From assembly GCA_964244895.1 (NCBI GenBank), contig CAXTKV010000011.1:1-47411 (forward strand): a stretch of DNA of 47,411 bases, read 5' to 3'. The notes below the pieces were generated by a model. That model did not search any database, was not told the DNA's origin, and saw only the letters and a list, made by a program, of their open reading frames with translations. Of the stretch, positions 1 through 9,607 are shown one piece after another. Origin of the DNA: an uncultured Deinococcales bacterium (GTDB taxonomy: Bacteria > Deinococcota > Deinococci > Deinococcales > JAAFIG01). The position numbers and the translations under genes were made by a program. Position 1 is the first letter of the stretch. Each line of letters opens with the position of its first letter.

Positions 1-4
1 GAGC

Positions 5-538
5 CTAGACGGGTTCCGGGTTGAACGCATCCAGAAACAGTGGAATATCTCGCGACAGGTCGTCCACGCGCTGCGCCGCCAGTTCCATCTCGTCGATGTT
101 CAGCATGGCCGCGCCGAGCGTCAGGCACGCCCGGTAGAAGCGCGCGATCTCGAGGCCGCGCAACGGCAGGCGGGCGCGTTCGGGTTCCAGCAGGATGTGC
201 GCGGCGAAGAGTTCCTCAAATTCAAAGATCGGGTGGCCGCCCAAGCGCAGCACGGCGCTCAGGAAGTCGTTGATCTCGCGCGGGTTGTGCCACATCCCGA
301 AACACAACTCGTCCGTCAGGTCATCCACGGCCCGCAATCGTTCGGGCGTGAGCGGTTTGACGGTCACGATCTCTCGGGCCAGGCGTTGGCGCTCCAAACG
401 GCGCGCGGCGTACTGCGGCAGGCTCAGGAAGGCTTTGGGCTCGAGCCGACCGCCCAGCAGTCTTCGGACGCGGTGCGCGATCACGTAATCCTGGTATTCC
501 CTGGCGAGTTCGCTCACGCCCGCGTCGCGGTCTGGCAT
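5..538 (-). CDS. hypothetical protein (177 aa)
   Basis: Protein-like ORF; TACACT -10-like hexamer 8 nt upstream of ATG. Confidence 0.7.
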   Translation of the reverse strand: MPDRDAGVSELAREYQDYVIAHRVRRLLGGRLEPKAFLSLPQYAARRLERQRLAREIVTVKPLTPERLRAVDDLTDELCFGMWHNPREINDFLSAVLRLGGHPIFEFEELFAAHILLEPERARLPLRGLEIARFYRACLTLGAAMLNIDEMELAAQRVDDLSRDIPLFLDAFNPEPV

Positions 539-601
539 CTTGAAGAAGTGTACGGGTTGAGGTTGGGATCGTCTGTGTCGGAAGCTGGGTTGAGGCTCGG
601 G

Positions 602-1165
602 TTACGCCTGCGATTTGATCGGCTCGAGCGCCTGATTCATGTTGTCGTGATTGAAGACGTAATGCGCCAGCATCGAGGGCACGACGCTGCCCGTACCGAC
701 CGCGACCGCCCCGAAGACGATGCCCGCGAAGAACGTCCACAAGGGGTATCCCCAGGCGCGACGCGGCGCGGGATGAAAGGCCGCGAAGATTCCAGCCTGC
801 ACCAGAACCGCTACCCAGACGGGCGCGAAGCCCGAGAACGCCCCGAGCAGGAACCACCTGAAGAACAGTTCCTCGCCGATTGAACTGGTGGCGGCCAGCG
901 CCAGCGCCCAAGATGGCGTCAGGTGAATCCGCGCCAGGATGCCTTCCAGCAGCCCGCTCGCGTCGCGGAAGCTGGGCAGCGCGCGCTCCAGGCCGTGCGC
1001 CAACGCCAGCACCGCGAAGTACGCGCCGAGCGTGGTCACGCTCAGGATTTCCCACGGCGGCACGCGAAATTCCAGGTGCAGCCATCCACCGCCGAGCAGC
1101 CCGATCAGGCCGAGCATCACGCCCGGGGCGGCCAGCAGGATCTTGACATCCAGCTTTCGGATCAC
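602..1165 (-). CDS. CPBP (CAAX protease/Abi) family intramembrane metalloprotease
   Basis: Hydrophobic; EELFFRW, FAAFH, AHYVFN motifs; TATACT 6 nt before GTG. Confidence 0.85.
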   Translation of the reverse strand: MIRKLDVKILLAAPGVMLGLIGLLGGGWLHLEFRVPPWEILSVTTLGAYFAVLALAHGLERALPSFRDASGLLEGILARIHLTPSWALALAATSSIGEELFFRWFLLGAFSGFAPVWVAVLVQAGIFAAFHPAPRRAWGYPLWTFFAGIVFGAVAVGTGSVVPSMLAHYVFNHDNMNQALEPIKSQA

Positions 1166-1209
1166 GGTCGCAGTATAGCGGTGGCTTCAATGAGCTTGGT
1201 TTTACAGGG

Positions 1210-1252
1210 CACCGTCCAGCACGCCATTCCTGGAATGGCGTGCTGGACGGTG
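1210..1252. repeat. intergenic CGT-N5-ACG dyad element (spacing 26; perfect 21-bp arms)
   Basis: CGTCCAGCACG / CGTGCTGGACG. Confidence 0.9.
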
Positions 1253-1311
1253 TTCTCGAGCAGATGGCGATCCCAAGGAGCTGCCTGAGGGTTTCTCGAG
1301 GAGCGCGGTCT

Positions 1312-3288
1312 TCAGCGCTCAGAGATGCGCAGGCCGTAAGCGATACGGCGGGATCGTCCGGCGGGCAAATCCAGATCCCACAGCGGCAACAGCACGGTGG
1401 ACTGGTAGCGCCGCTCGAAGTGATCGCCAATTTTTTCCAGGGTTTCGACCGGGTGACGCCACAACAGCACCTCGCGCCCATCGAAGTCGAAGGCGATCTC
1501 GAGGCCGAGCCATTCGTCCACCAGGGACGCGGTTTTGACCGCGCGGTGTTCCGCGATCTGCGCCAGCGGGCCAGCCTTGCGCCCGTCGATCACGGCGTAC
1601 CGGTCTTTTGACGCGCCGGACAGCAAACCGAAGCCCCACTCCGAGCCGAAGCGCGTGATCACGTCCACGTCGCCCTTGTTGGTGATGCGGTACTCGATCT
1701 CGAGCCGGGATTCCTTGTGAACCACCCGCACGGCCTTCTTGACCTCGACGGGCACGGGTTCACCGATCGGGCCGCGCACGAAACCGTCGCGCACCAGGGT
1801 CACGCGGTCGCGGTACTTGGAGGCCTCGAACGATCCGGTCGTGAAATCGCCCAGTTCCAGGTACGCGTTTTGGGCAAATTCCGCCAGGTCGGATTCCGCC
1901 CCGATGAAATGATCGATCAGCGCGCGGCGCGGGTAGGCGTCGTAGGTCGCGCCTTCGGGGTGATAGAACTCCGGTCTGCGCGTGAAGGTGTCCAGCAGGT
2001 TAAACGCGCGCGGTCGGTAATCGAGTTCGGTGATCGAACCGCCCGAGGACGGGTTCCAGTAGACGTTCATGGTGTGCGATTCCGCGATCACTTCCAGGGC
2101 GCTGTCGCAATCGAAATCCTCATACTCGATCTCGAGCCAGGCGTACTTGCGCGGTTCGATCGCGTTTTCGGCGTTGATCAAATTCGTGTAGGCCGCCGAG
2201 CGCAGGAAGTTGCGGTACACCCCGCCGGACGTGCCGTGCCAGTAGGTCACGCCCGTCTGAGCCCGCCACAAATGCGCGTGGGCTTCCTGCGGAGCGCGGG
2301 CGGTGGCCTGAAGCTTTCTGGACACGCGCGCCGCCCGGCGCGAGAGGTGATCGGCCTCCGGGTACTTGGTCAGGAACGCCCGCCACGAGCCGCCGCGCAC
2401 GAACGGTTCCAGCTTCGCATCCACCTGCGCACCCTCGAGCAATCGCGCCAGGTCGGGCGGCATCGTCCATTTGGCCAGGCGTTTGCTGGAACTTGAAGGC
2501 AAGTACGCGCATTGCACGGGCGGAAACGCCGCGATGGCGCTCGATACGGTCGAGGTCTCGAGCCAGTCGCGTGCTGCCGTGATGGCCTCGAGAAACTTTT
2601 CAAACCAGCCCGACCTGAACGCGTTCGGGCCGCCATCCAGCCCACCCAGCGTTTCCGCATCGAGCGCGACCGTCAGCAGACCGCCCAGCTTGGCGCGCTC
2701 GCGCAGACGGGCCATCACGTCCGGCAGGTTGGAAAACGGAATCAGCCGGATGAACTCCTGCGATGCCGGAACCACCGTGACCGCCCGCCCCTGGTCTTCG
2801 GTGCGCACCGGGCGCAACAGTTGCCGCGCCTCGAGCCCCGCCGCCAGGCACTGGCCCTCGTCCAGAATCGTGTACGAAAGGCCCGCATCCGCAATCAGCG
2901 TGGGAAACTGTGGTTCCCACGCGAATTCCGCCAGCCACGCGCCGTTCGGTGCGACCCCGAACAGCCTCTCGATCAGTTCCGACTGGTGCCGCATCTGCGC
3001 GACCGCATCCCGGCGCGGCACGAGCGGCAGCAAGGGCTCGAACATCGCGCCGCCGACCAGTTCCACCCGCCCAGCAACAACGAGCTTCCGAAGCGTACTG
3101 AGGGCTTCAGGAAGCCCCTCGAGCCGTTCGATCAGCGCCCCGGAATAGTGCAAGCTAACGCGCACGTCGTGCGCGTCTAGGGCGGCCAAGAGCGGCAAGT
3201 ACGCGCTTTCAAAGGCGCGATCCACGGCGTCCGAGAGGTTGCCGACGGGCTGGTGGTGGTGGATGCACAACGCCAGCGTGAGCTTCAA
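1312..3288 (-). CDS. GH57 alpha-amylase/4-alpha-glucanotransferase family protein
   Basis: HHHQPVGN, HYSG, GAWLAE, YWHG motifs; start placed at TTG 3288 after GGAGG. Confidence 0.85.
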   Translation of the reverse strand: MKLTLALCIHHHQPVGNLSDAVDRAFESAYLPLLAALDAHDVRVSLHYSGALIERLEGLPEALSTLRKLVVAGRVELVGGAMFEPLLPLVPRRDAVAQMRHQSELIERLFGVAPNGAWLAEFAWEPQFPTLIADAGLSYTILDEGQCLAAGLEARQLLRPVRTEDQGRAVTVVPASQEFIRLIPFSNLPDVMARLRERAKLGGLLTVALDAETLGGLDGGPNAFRSGWFEKFLEAITAARDWLETSTVSSAIAAFPPVQCAYLPSSSSKRLAKWTMPPDLARLLEGAQVDAKLEPFVRGGSWRAFLTKYPEADHLSRRAARVSRKLQATARAPQEAHAHLWRAQTGVTYWHGTSGGVYRNFLRSAAYTNLINAENAIEPRKYAWLEIEYEDFDCDSALEVIAESHTMNVYWNPSSGGSITELDYRPRAFNLLDTFTRRPEFYHPEGATYDAYPRRALIDHFIGAESDLAEFAQNAYLELGDFTTGSFEASKYRDRVTLVRDGFVRGPIGEPVPVEVKKAVRVVHKESRLEIEYRITNKGDVDVITRFGSEWGFGLLSGASKDRYAVIDGRKAGPLAQIAEHRAVKTASLVDEWLGLEIAFDFDGREVLLWRHPVETLEKIGDHFERRYQSTVLLPLWDLDLPAGRSRRIAYGLRISER

Positions 3289-3608
3289 GATTTCCCTCCA
3301 GGGTCGCGTACATTCAGTCCGGTATTGGCGATAACATTCGTGCAGCGCGAACGATTCCGAATCAAGGAATTGAGTGTACAACAGTGCGAGTTTGCTCGAG
3401 TCAAGTCGAAAATACATCGCCGCTCGAAATTCTGTGAACGTCAATCCCGATGACGGTTTCTCTGAAGGCGAAGCTACAAAATCGCGTCGCAGGGGCAGGT
3501 CGCAGACCTGCCCTTCCCTCGAGACGGTGCTGACGCGAGCGACCTTCTCTTCTCGAGTTCTCGAGGTTTACGGGCGCGTGCAGAAACCTTGACGCAAAAC
3601 AGATGTTC

Positions 3609-3715
3609 GTAGGGGCGCAATTCATTGCGCCCTGTGCGCGTCGAGAGGGCGCGATCAATCGCGCCCTCCAGTTGGCCAGATTTTTCGCGCGTCAACCTTT
3701 GCGAATGCCGCTGTA
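3609..3715 (+). repeat. GTAG-type REP doublet (REPIN-like) with conserved tail, copy A
   Basis: GTAGGGGCGCAATTCATTGCGCCC (3609-3632), inverted degenerate partner 3647-3670, tail matching the reverse complement of 32052-32095; related hairpin GGGCAGGTCGCAGACCTGCCC at 3493-3513. Confidence 0.75.
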
Positions 3716-3759
3716 GACGTAGCGCATCTCCGCTCGCGATCGAGCTTGAAACGCGAAAA

Positions 3760-3801
3760 CACCGTCCAGCACGCGAATCCTGAAACGCGTACTGGACGGT
3801 G
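3760..3801. repeat. dyad element (spacing 25)
   Basis: CGTCCAGCACG / CGTACTGGACG. Confidence 0.9.
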
Positions 3802-3804
3802 TTT

Positions 3805-5418
3805 TTACGACTGGACTTTTTCCACCTCGAGCGGAGGCGCGATCCCGTCACGCACGAGTTTGAACCCCAACCCGTCCGTCAGCGCGATAAAGCTCGCCTT
3901 GATCGAGTTGACGCCCGCACCAACGGTCGTCCATTGCTCCTTGCCATCCCCGAAGGTGATCAGCACGCGCACGCGCGCCGCCGTGCCGTGCGAACCTTCC
4001 AGCACGCGCATCCGGTAATCCAATAGCTGCACGTCCTTGAGGCTCGGGTAATGGCGTTCCAGCGCGATCCTGAGCGCCTTGTCGAGCGCGTTGACCGGGC
4101 CATCGCCGAGCGCCGCCGCGTGTTCGCGGGTCTCACCGACCCAGACCTGAACGCTGGCTTCGGCTTCCGTATCGAAATCCGCGAAGCTGTCGATCTGCGC
4201 GCGGAAGACGCTGACGTTGAAGAACTCCGCCTCGCCCTTGGCGGCCCGCAGGAGCATCATCACGCTGGCGTCCGCGCCCTCGAAGGTGAAGCCCTCGTCC
4301 TCGAGTTCCTTCAGTCTGGCGATGGCCTGCGCGACCGCCGGGTCCTTGCCGTCGAGCTTGATGCCGTACTGCGCGGCGCTGGCGACCAGGTTGCTGCGGC
4401 CCGCCAGGTCGCTCATCAGGATGCGCCTGGAATTGCCGATGGTGGCGGGTTCCATGTGCTCGTAGAGGCTGGGGTCGCGGTTGACGGCGCTGGCGTGCAT
4501 GCCGCCCTTGTGGGCGAAGGCCGAAGCGCCCACGAAGGGTTGCTCGTTGCGCGGCGTGCGGTTGGCGCGGGCATCCACGAAACGGCTCAGTTCCGTCAGT
4601 TTGGACACGTCCGGCACGCACTGCGCGCCCAGTTTGGCCTGGATGAGCGCGATAAAAGACACCATGTTCATGTTGCCCGTGCGCTCACCGACGCCGTTGA
4701 CGGTTCCCTGCACCTGCCGCGCGCCCGCTCGAACCGCCACCAGCGCGTTGCTGATCGCCATTTCCATGTCGTTGTGCGTGTGAATCCCGACCTGCACGCC
4801 CAGTTTGAGCGTTTCGCGGACGAGCACCTCGACCTCTTCCGGCAGCACGTCGCCGAGCGTGTCGCACAGCACCAGACAATCCGAACCTGCCCTGACCGCC
4901 GTCTCGAGCACGGACAAAGCGTATGCCGGGTTGTCGCGGAAACCCGCGAAGGCCAGTTCCGCGTCGAAGATCACCTCGCGACCCAACTTTTTCAGGTAGG
5001 CCACCGTGTCAAAAATCATCTCGAGGTTCGCTTCCAGCGGGATGCCCAGCGCGTGCGTGACGTGCTTGTCCCAGGTTTTGGCGACCAGCGTGACGACGGG
5101 CGTCTGCGCCGCCACCAGCGTCTGCAGGATCGGGTCATCTTCGCAGGTGAAGCCCTTCTGGCGCGTGAAGCTGAAGGCCGCCAGCTTCGCGCGCGTCAGG
5201 CTGACGGACTTCATGGCCTCGAAAAAACGCGCGTCCTTCGGGTTGGAACCCGGCCAGCCGCCCTCGATGTAGGCCACGCCGAACCGATCCAGCGCCCGCG
5301 CGATCTCGAGCTTGTCTTCCAGGGACAGGTTGAAACCCTCGCCCTGCGTGCCATCGCGAAGGGTGGTGTCGTAAATCGAGAGGCTCACCCCTTGGAGCGA
5401 ATTGCTAACGTTTGCCAT
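3805..5418 (-). CDS. cimA: citramalate synthase
   Basis: YDTTLRDGTQGEG, GGWPGSNPKD, AHKGGMH motifs plus C-terminal regulatory domain; AAGGAGG RBS. Confidence 0.9.
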   Translation of the reverse strand: MANVSNSLQGVSLSIYDTTLRDGTQGEGFNLSLEDKLEIARALDRFGVAYIEGGWPGSNPKDARFFEAMKSVSLTRAKLAAFSFTRQKGFTCEDDPILQTLVAAQTPVVTLVAKTWDKHVTHALGIPLEANLEMIFDTVAYLKKLGREVIFDAELAFAGFRDNPAYALSVLETAVRAGSDCLVLCDTLGDVLPEEVEVLVRETLKLGVQVGIHTHNDMEMAISNALVAVRAGARQVQGTVNGVGERTGNMNMVSFIALIQAKLGAQCVPDVSKLTELSRFVDARANRTPRNEQPFVGASAFAHKGGMHASAVNRDPSLYEHMEPATIGNSRRILMSDLAGRSNLVASAAQYGIKLDGKDPAVAQAIARLKELEDEGFTFEGADASVMMLLRAAKGEAEFFNVSVFRAQIDSFADFDTEAEASVQVWVGETREHAAALGDGPVNALDKALRIALERHYPSLKDVQLLDYRMRVLEGSHGTAARVRVLITFGDGKEQWTTVGAGVNSIKASFIALTDGLGFKLVRDGIAPPLEVEKVQS

Positions 5419-5504
5419 TTCAACCTCCTTCCGTAGATGCTCGAGATTGACCGTCCAGAACGAATTTCAAGGCTCAAGGATACACCGACCCGCCCGAGAC
5501 TTCG

Positions 5505-5554
5505 AGCCTCAGATGCGCTCGAGTTCCGCAGCCTCAGATGCGCTCGAGTTCCGC
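5505..5554. repeat. 25-bp exact tandem duplication covering cupin gene 3' end
   Basis: AGCCTCAGATGCGCTCGAGTTCCGC at 5505-5529 and 5530-5554. Confidence 0.9.
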
Positions 5555-5902
5555 GACGGTGCGCTCGTTCACCACGTTACCCGTGTTCAACACGGTCGAA
5601 GGCTCGATCAGCACGACCCAGACTTCTTCAGTGGCCTTCGGGCAGTGCTCGACCCCGCGCGGCACGATCAGGAATTCTCCAGGCTCGAGGTGAACGGTTT
5701 TATCGCGGAACTGCATCTGGAACGCGCCCCGCACCACGAGGAACATCTCGTCCTCATGCTCGTGATGGTGCCAGACGAACTCGCCCTGGAATTTCACCAG
5801 CTTGACGGCGGTGGCGTTGATCTCACCGACGATCTTCGGGCTGAAATGATCGGTGAAGGTGGCGAATTTCTCGTTCAGGTTGACCTTGTCTGGGCTCGAC
5901 AT
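5534..5902 (-). CDS. cupin domain protein
   Basis: GEFVWHHHEHEDEMFLV...VPRGVEHCP; TACAAT 6 nt before ATG 5902. Confidence 0.85.
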   Translation of the reverse strand: MSSPDKVNLNEKFATFTDHFSPKIVGEINATAVKLVKFQGEFVWHHHEHEDEMFLVVRGAFQMQFRDKTVHLEPGEFLIVPRGVEHCPKATEEVWVVLIEPSTVLNTGNVVNERTVAELERI

Positions 5903-5921
5903 GAGATCATTGTAGCAGGAA

Positions 5922-5973
5922 GACCGTCCAGGGCACGAATTCCTGAATCGCAGGAACACCGTCCCAGACGGTT
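5922..5973. repeat. dyad element (spacing 35)
   Basis: CGTCCAGGGCA / CGTCCCAGACG. Confidence 0.8.
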
Positions 5974-5974
5974 T

Positions 5975-6289
5975 TTATTCCTGCTCGAGCGGCGGAAAGT
6001 TCACGAACACCGTCTCGAAATGCTCCACGCGAGCGCCATTCCGGAAATGCCCGAGCTTCGATTTCCACGTCTCGAAGGCGGGCGATCCTCGGAACCCGAC
6101 CGTGTGCGCCTCGAGCGTCGTCCAACGCACCTCCATCACGTACCGACCCGGCGATTCCTGGCTGCGGTGCAGCGTGTGCCCCAGATAGCCGGGGCTCGAG
6201 CCGATCACGCTGATGCAGTCCTGCATGGTGGTCTCGAAGGTGTCCGATTCGGCGGGCTGCACGAAAAACTCCGCGATCTCGAGAATCAC
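5975..6289 (-). CDS. antibiotic biosynthesis monooxygenase (ABM) family protein
   Basis: ILEIAEF...PGYLGH...WTTLEAHTVGFRGS; GTG overlaps the racemase stop (GTGA). Confidence 0.8.
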   Translation of the reverse strand: MILEIAEFFVQPAESDTFETTMQDCISVIGSSPGYLGHTLHRSQESPGRYVMEVRWTTLEAHTVGFRGSPAFETWKSKLGHFRNGARVEHFETVFVNFPPLEQE

Positions 6290-6996
6290 GACCGCACCGC
6301 TTCCTTTCCCAGCGCGAAATCCACGGCGGCCACGGCGTGGATCGTGGTCGTGTCGAAGACGGGTACGCTGGAATCTTCCTGATTGACCAACAGCATGATC
6401 TCCGTGCAACCCAGAATGATGCCCTCCGCACCCCGCGCCACCAGATCCCGCATGATCCGCACGTACTCGAGCTTGCTCGAGGCTTCCACCCTGCCCTGCA
6501 CGAGTTCGTCGTAGATCACGCGGTGGACGATATCGCGGTCGGGTTTTTCCGGGACGATCACCTCGAGATCGTACTTTTCAGTCAACCGTCCCCTGTAAAA
6601 ATCCTGTTCCATCGTGAAACCCGTACCCAGCAACCCGATTCTCGCGATGCTTTGCGCTTTGACCCGTTCCGCCGTCGCATCCGCGATGTGAATCAGGGGA
6701 ATCTTCACGGCCTTCTCGATCCGGTGCGCCAGTTTGTGCATCGTGTTCGTGCACAGCACCACGCACTCCGCGCCGCCCCGCTCGAGCCTGACGGCGGCGT
6801 CCTCCAGAATGTTGCCCGCCTCGTCCCAGCGCTCAGCGTGCTGCAAACGCTCGATCTCGTGGAAATTGACCGTGAACATCAAACTTCGCGCGTTTTCGAG
6901 CGGATGCACGCGGTCGCGCACGGTTTCGTTGATGATCCTGTAGTACATCGCGCTCGATTCCCAACTCATGCCGCCGATCAAACCGATGACTTTCAT
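6286..6996 (-). CDS. aspartate/glutamate racemase family protein
   Basis: IGLIGGMSWESS, CTNTMH, ILGCTEI motifs. Confidence 0.9.
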   Translation of the reverse strand: MKVIGLIGGMSWESSAMYYRIINETVRDRVHPLENARSLMFTVNFHEIERLQHAERWDEAGNILEDAAVRLERGGAECVVLCTNTMHKLAHRIEKAVKIPLIHIADATAERVKAQSIARIGLLGTGFTMEQDFYRGRLTEKYDLEVIVPEKPDRDIVHRVIYDELVQGRVEASSKLEYVRIMRDLVARGAEGIILGCTEIMLLVNQEDSSVPVFDTTTIHAVAAVDFALGKEAVRS

Positions 6997-7643
6997 TCCG
7001 CCTCCTGGACGAACTTCATGAGTGGTCGCATGGCGCGAAAACTGTTCGTGACGTGCTCGAGCAACCCGTCAGAATCGAAGCTCATCGCGTCGAACGACCT
7101 GGAAACCGTGAAGTTCCTGAATTTCAGTAGCTCCGAACCGGAATCGAAACCTTTCGGGTAACGCTTGAGTTTGCGCTCCTCGTCCAGCCCGCCGAACTGC
7201 TCAATTAAGGTTTTGTTCTTCAGGAGCGCATCCGCCTTTTTAGGGTTCCCATAGATAAACCCTCTGATGGCCGCCAGTCTTTCAGGCCCCGGCATGTACA
7301 CGCCACCCGCCGCGATGGATTCACCCGGCCCGGAGATTTGAAAATAGTACACGGGGCCATCCGAATGCCGCCCTTCCGGGCTGATGGCCGCGCTGAAGGT
7401 CGTCTTGTACGGCGATTTATCGTGGCTGAAACGCGTGTCGCGGTTGATGCGGAACAGGCAATCCTTGGCCTGGATGCCCTCGACGCTCGAGTCGAAGCGG
7501 GCGGTTTCTTTAATCACCCCATCCACGAACCGCACGAAATCCTCGCGCAACACCTGATACTCGGCGCGGTGCTTGTCGAACCAGGGCTTGTCGTTGTTGT
7601 ACGAGAGTTCGACCAGAAAGCGCACCAGATGACTAAGATTCAA
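6993..7643 (-). CDS. DUF2461 family protein
   Basis: NNDKPWF, FRINRDTRFSHDKSPYKT motifs. Confidence 0.85.
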   Translation of the reverse strand: MNLSHLVRFLVELSYNNDKPWFDKHRAEYQVLREDFVRFVDGVIKETARFDSSVEGIQAKDCLFRINRDTRFSHDKSPYKTTFSAAISPEGRHSDGPVYYFQISGPGESIAAGGVYMPGPERLAAIRGFIYGNPKKADALLKNKTLIEQFGGLDEERKLKRYPKGFDSGSELLKFRNFTVSRSFDAMSFDSDGLLEHVTNSFRAMRPLMKFVQEAE

Positions 7644-7670
7644 GGTTCGTACCGTCCGTTCTCGTTAGAA

Positions 7671-7712
7671 CACCGTCCCAGACGCAATGCCAAGTATGCC
7701 CGCTGGAAGGGG
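7671..7712. repeat. dyad element (spacing 25, degenerate)
   Basis: CGTCCCAGACG / CCCGCTGGAAG. Confidence 0.65.
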
Positions 7713-7723
7713 TTATCGCAGCA

Positions 7724-9286
7724 TCAAATCGCGGTGATGGCTTCTTTCTTGACACCGACCTGCGCCACAGACGCGTTGATCACCTCGAGCCAGGCGCGGG
7801 CGCTCGATTCGACGATGTCGGTCGCCACACCGTTGCCGCTGTACACGATCTCGCCGACGCGGGCACGGATACTAACCTCGCCCACCGCATCGCCACCGTG
7901 GGTCACGGCCTCGATGCGGTAACTTTCGAGGGTCGGGTGTACGTCCGTCAGGTGGCTGATCGCCTTGTACGCGGCGTCCACGGGACCGTCACCGCTTGAT
8001 GCGTGCTGTTTCGGGCCGGTCGGCGTCTGGAGCGTGACCGTCGCGGTCGGCACGACGTGCGTGCCGGAAAGGACTTGAATGCTCTCGAGCTTGAAGGTTT
8101 CGGGAACCTTGTTTTCGCGGGTTTCGACCAATGCGCGCAGTTCTTCGGTGCCCATGGCACCCTTGCGATCCGCGATTTCCTTGAAGCGCGAAAAGAGCGC
8201 GTTGACGGCGTCCTCGGTCAAGCCGTGATCTGCGATCGGCGTCTGCAGGTCGTACCCGAGTTTCTCGAGCGCCTGCTTGAAGGCCGCACGCCCGGAGTGC
8301 TTGCCGAGCACCAGCACGCCCGCCTCGCGCCCGACCAGTTCGGCGTTCATGATCTCGTAGGTTTCCTTGTTCTTTAAGACGCCGTCCTGGTGGATTCCGG
8401 CCTCGTGCGCGAAGGCGTTGTCGCCGACGATGGCCTTGTTGGGTTGCACCACCATGCCGGAATGCCTGCTGACCATGCGCGAGAGGCGGTAAATTTCTTT
8501 GGTGTTGATCTGCGTATGCGCCTGGTAGTAATCGCCGCGCGTGTGCAGGGCCATCACGACTTCTTCCAGGCTGGTGTTGCCCGCGCGCTCACCGATGCCG
8601 TTGATGGTGCATTCCACTTGCGTCGCACCGTTCTCGACGGCGGCGAGCGAATTGGCGACCGCCATGCCCAGGTCGTCGTGGCAGTGCGTGGAGATGTGAA
8701 CGTCTCGTCCGCGCACGACTTCGTCGCGGATTCGGGCGATCAGCGCACCGTATTCCAGCGGCGTGCCGTACCCGGTCGTGTCGGGAATATTGATGGTGGT
8801 CGCGCCCGCGTCTATGGCAGCGTTGAAAACCTGGATGACGAACTCGAAATCGGCGCGCATCACGTCCTGGGCGCTGAATTCCACGTCATCGCAGAACGTC
8901 CGGGCGTACCGCACCATCTGGTCGGTGATCTCGAGCACCTGCTCTGGAGTTTTTTTGATCATGTATTCCAGGTGAACCTTGCTGGCGCTGGTGAAGGTGT
9001 GAATCCGCCATTTGTCCGCCACCTCGAGCGCCTGAGCCGCGCGTTCGATATCGCCCTTGCTGGTGCGCGCCAGACCGCAGATGACCGGGCCGCGCACTTC
9101 CTTGGCGATGCGGTTGACGCAATCGAAATCGCCCTGCGACGTGATCGGGAATCCCGCCTCGATGATGTCCACGTTCATGCGCGCCAGCCCGTGCGCGATC
9201 TCGAGCTTCTGCGGGACGGACAGGGCCACGCCTGGGGATTGCTCGCCGTCGCGGAGGGTCGTGTCGAAGATTCGGATGTGGCGCAT
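7724..9286 (-). CDS. leuA: 2-isopropylmalate synthase
   Basis: [36 protein letters not shown] motifs. Confidence 0.95.
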   Translation of the reverse strand: MRHIRIFDTTLRDGEQSPGVALSVPQKLEIAHGLARMNVDIIEAGFPITSQGDFDCVNRIAKEVRGPVICGLARTSKGDIERAAQALEVADKWRIHTFTSASKVHLEYMIKKTPEQVLEITDQMVRYARTFCDDVEFSAQDVMRADFEFVIQVFNAAIDAGATTINIPDTTGYGTPLEYGALIARIRDEVVRGRDVHISTHCHDDLGMAVANSLAAVENGATQVECTINGIGERAGNTSLEEVVMALHTRGDYYQAHTQINTKEIYRLSRMVSRHSGMVVQPNKAIVGDNAFAHEAGIHQDGVLKNKETYEIMNAELVGREAGVLVLGKHSGRAAFKQALEKLGYDLQTPIADHGLTEDAVNALFSRFKEIADRKGAMGTEELRALVETRENKVPETFKLESIQVLSGTHVVPTATVTLQTPTGPKQHASSGDGPVDAAYKAISHLTDVHPTLESYRIEAVTHGGDAVGEVSIRARVGEIVYSGNGVATDIVESSARAWLEVINASVAQVGVKKEAITAI

Positions 9287-9318
9287 CTGGCTCCTTTTGA
9301 TTCGTGAGACTCAGGGGA

Positions 9319-9370
9319 TTGCGTCTGGGACGATATTTTTTGATCTCGAGAATATGCGTACTGGACGGTC
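9319..9370. repeat. dyad element (spacing 35)
   Basis: CGTCTGGGACG / CGTACTGGACG. Confidence 0.8.
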
Positions 9371-9457
9371 TTCTCGAGCGTGAATCACGGTAGTCGTTCG
9401 GAGAGAACCCGCTCGCGGATTGTACGAATGTCGATCATCTCAATCCTTTCCGACAAC

Positions 9458-9482
9458 AAAAAACCCTCGAAGCTTCGAGGGT
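9458..9482 (-). terminator. leuA attenuator terminator
   Basis: ACCCTCGAAGCTTCGAGGGT palindrome followed by a T-run on the minus strand. Confidence 0.8.
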
Positions 9483-9504
9483 CACGCGACAAGCGAACAA
9501 ACGC

Positions 9505-9564
9505 CTAAGCCGAAACCCTCGAGCGGAACGGGGCTAGCGATAGGCGAATCGAAATTTGCTTCAT
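9505..9564 (-). CDS. leu leader peptide MKQISIRLSLAPFRSRVSA
   Basis: Two rare CTA Leu codons; contains TCGAGGGT able to pair with the terminator 5' arm (antiterminator). Confidence 0.7.
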   Translation of the reverse strand: MKQISIRLSLAPFRSRVSA

Positions 9565-9572
9565 CTGGAACC

Positions 9573-9602
9573 ACCGTATCAAGACTTCCGGAGGCGTGTC
9601 AA
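9573..9602 (-). promoter_or_regulatory. sigma70-type promoter of leu leader
   Basis: TTGACA-N15-TGA-TACGGT (extended -10). Confidence 0.7.
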
Positions 9603-9607
9603 CCGCG

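Noticed and set aside
3289..3444. N-terminal extension of the GH57 ORF
   Set aside because: GH57 homology begins at the TTG after GGAGG (3288); the upstream part is probably promoter DNA.
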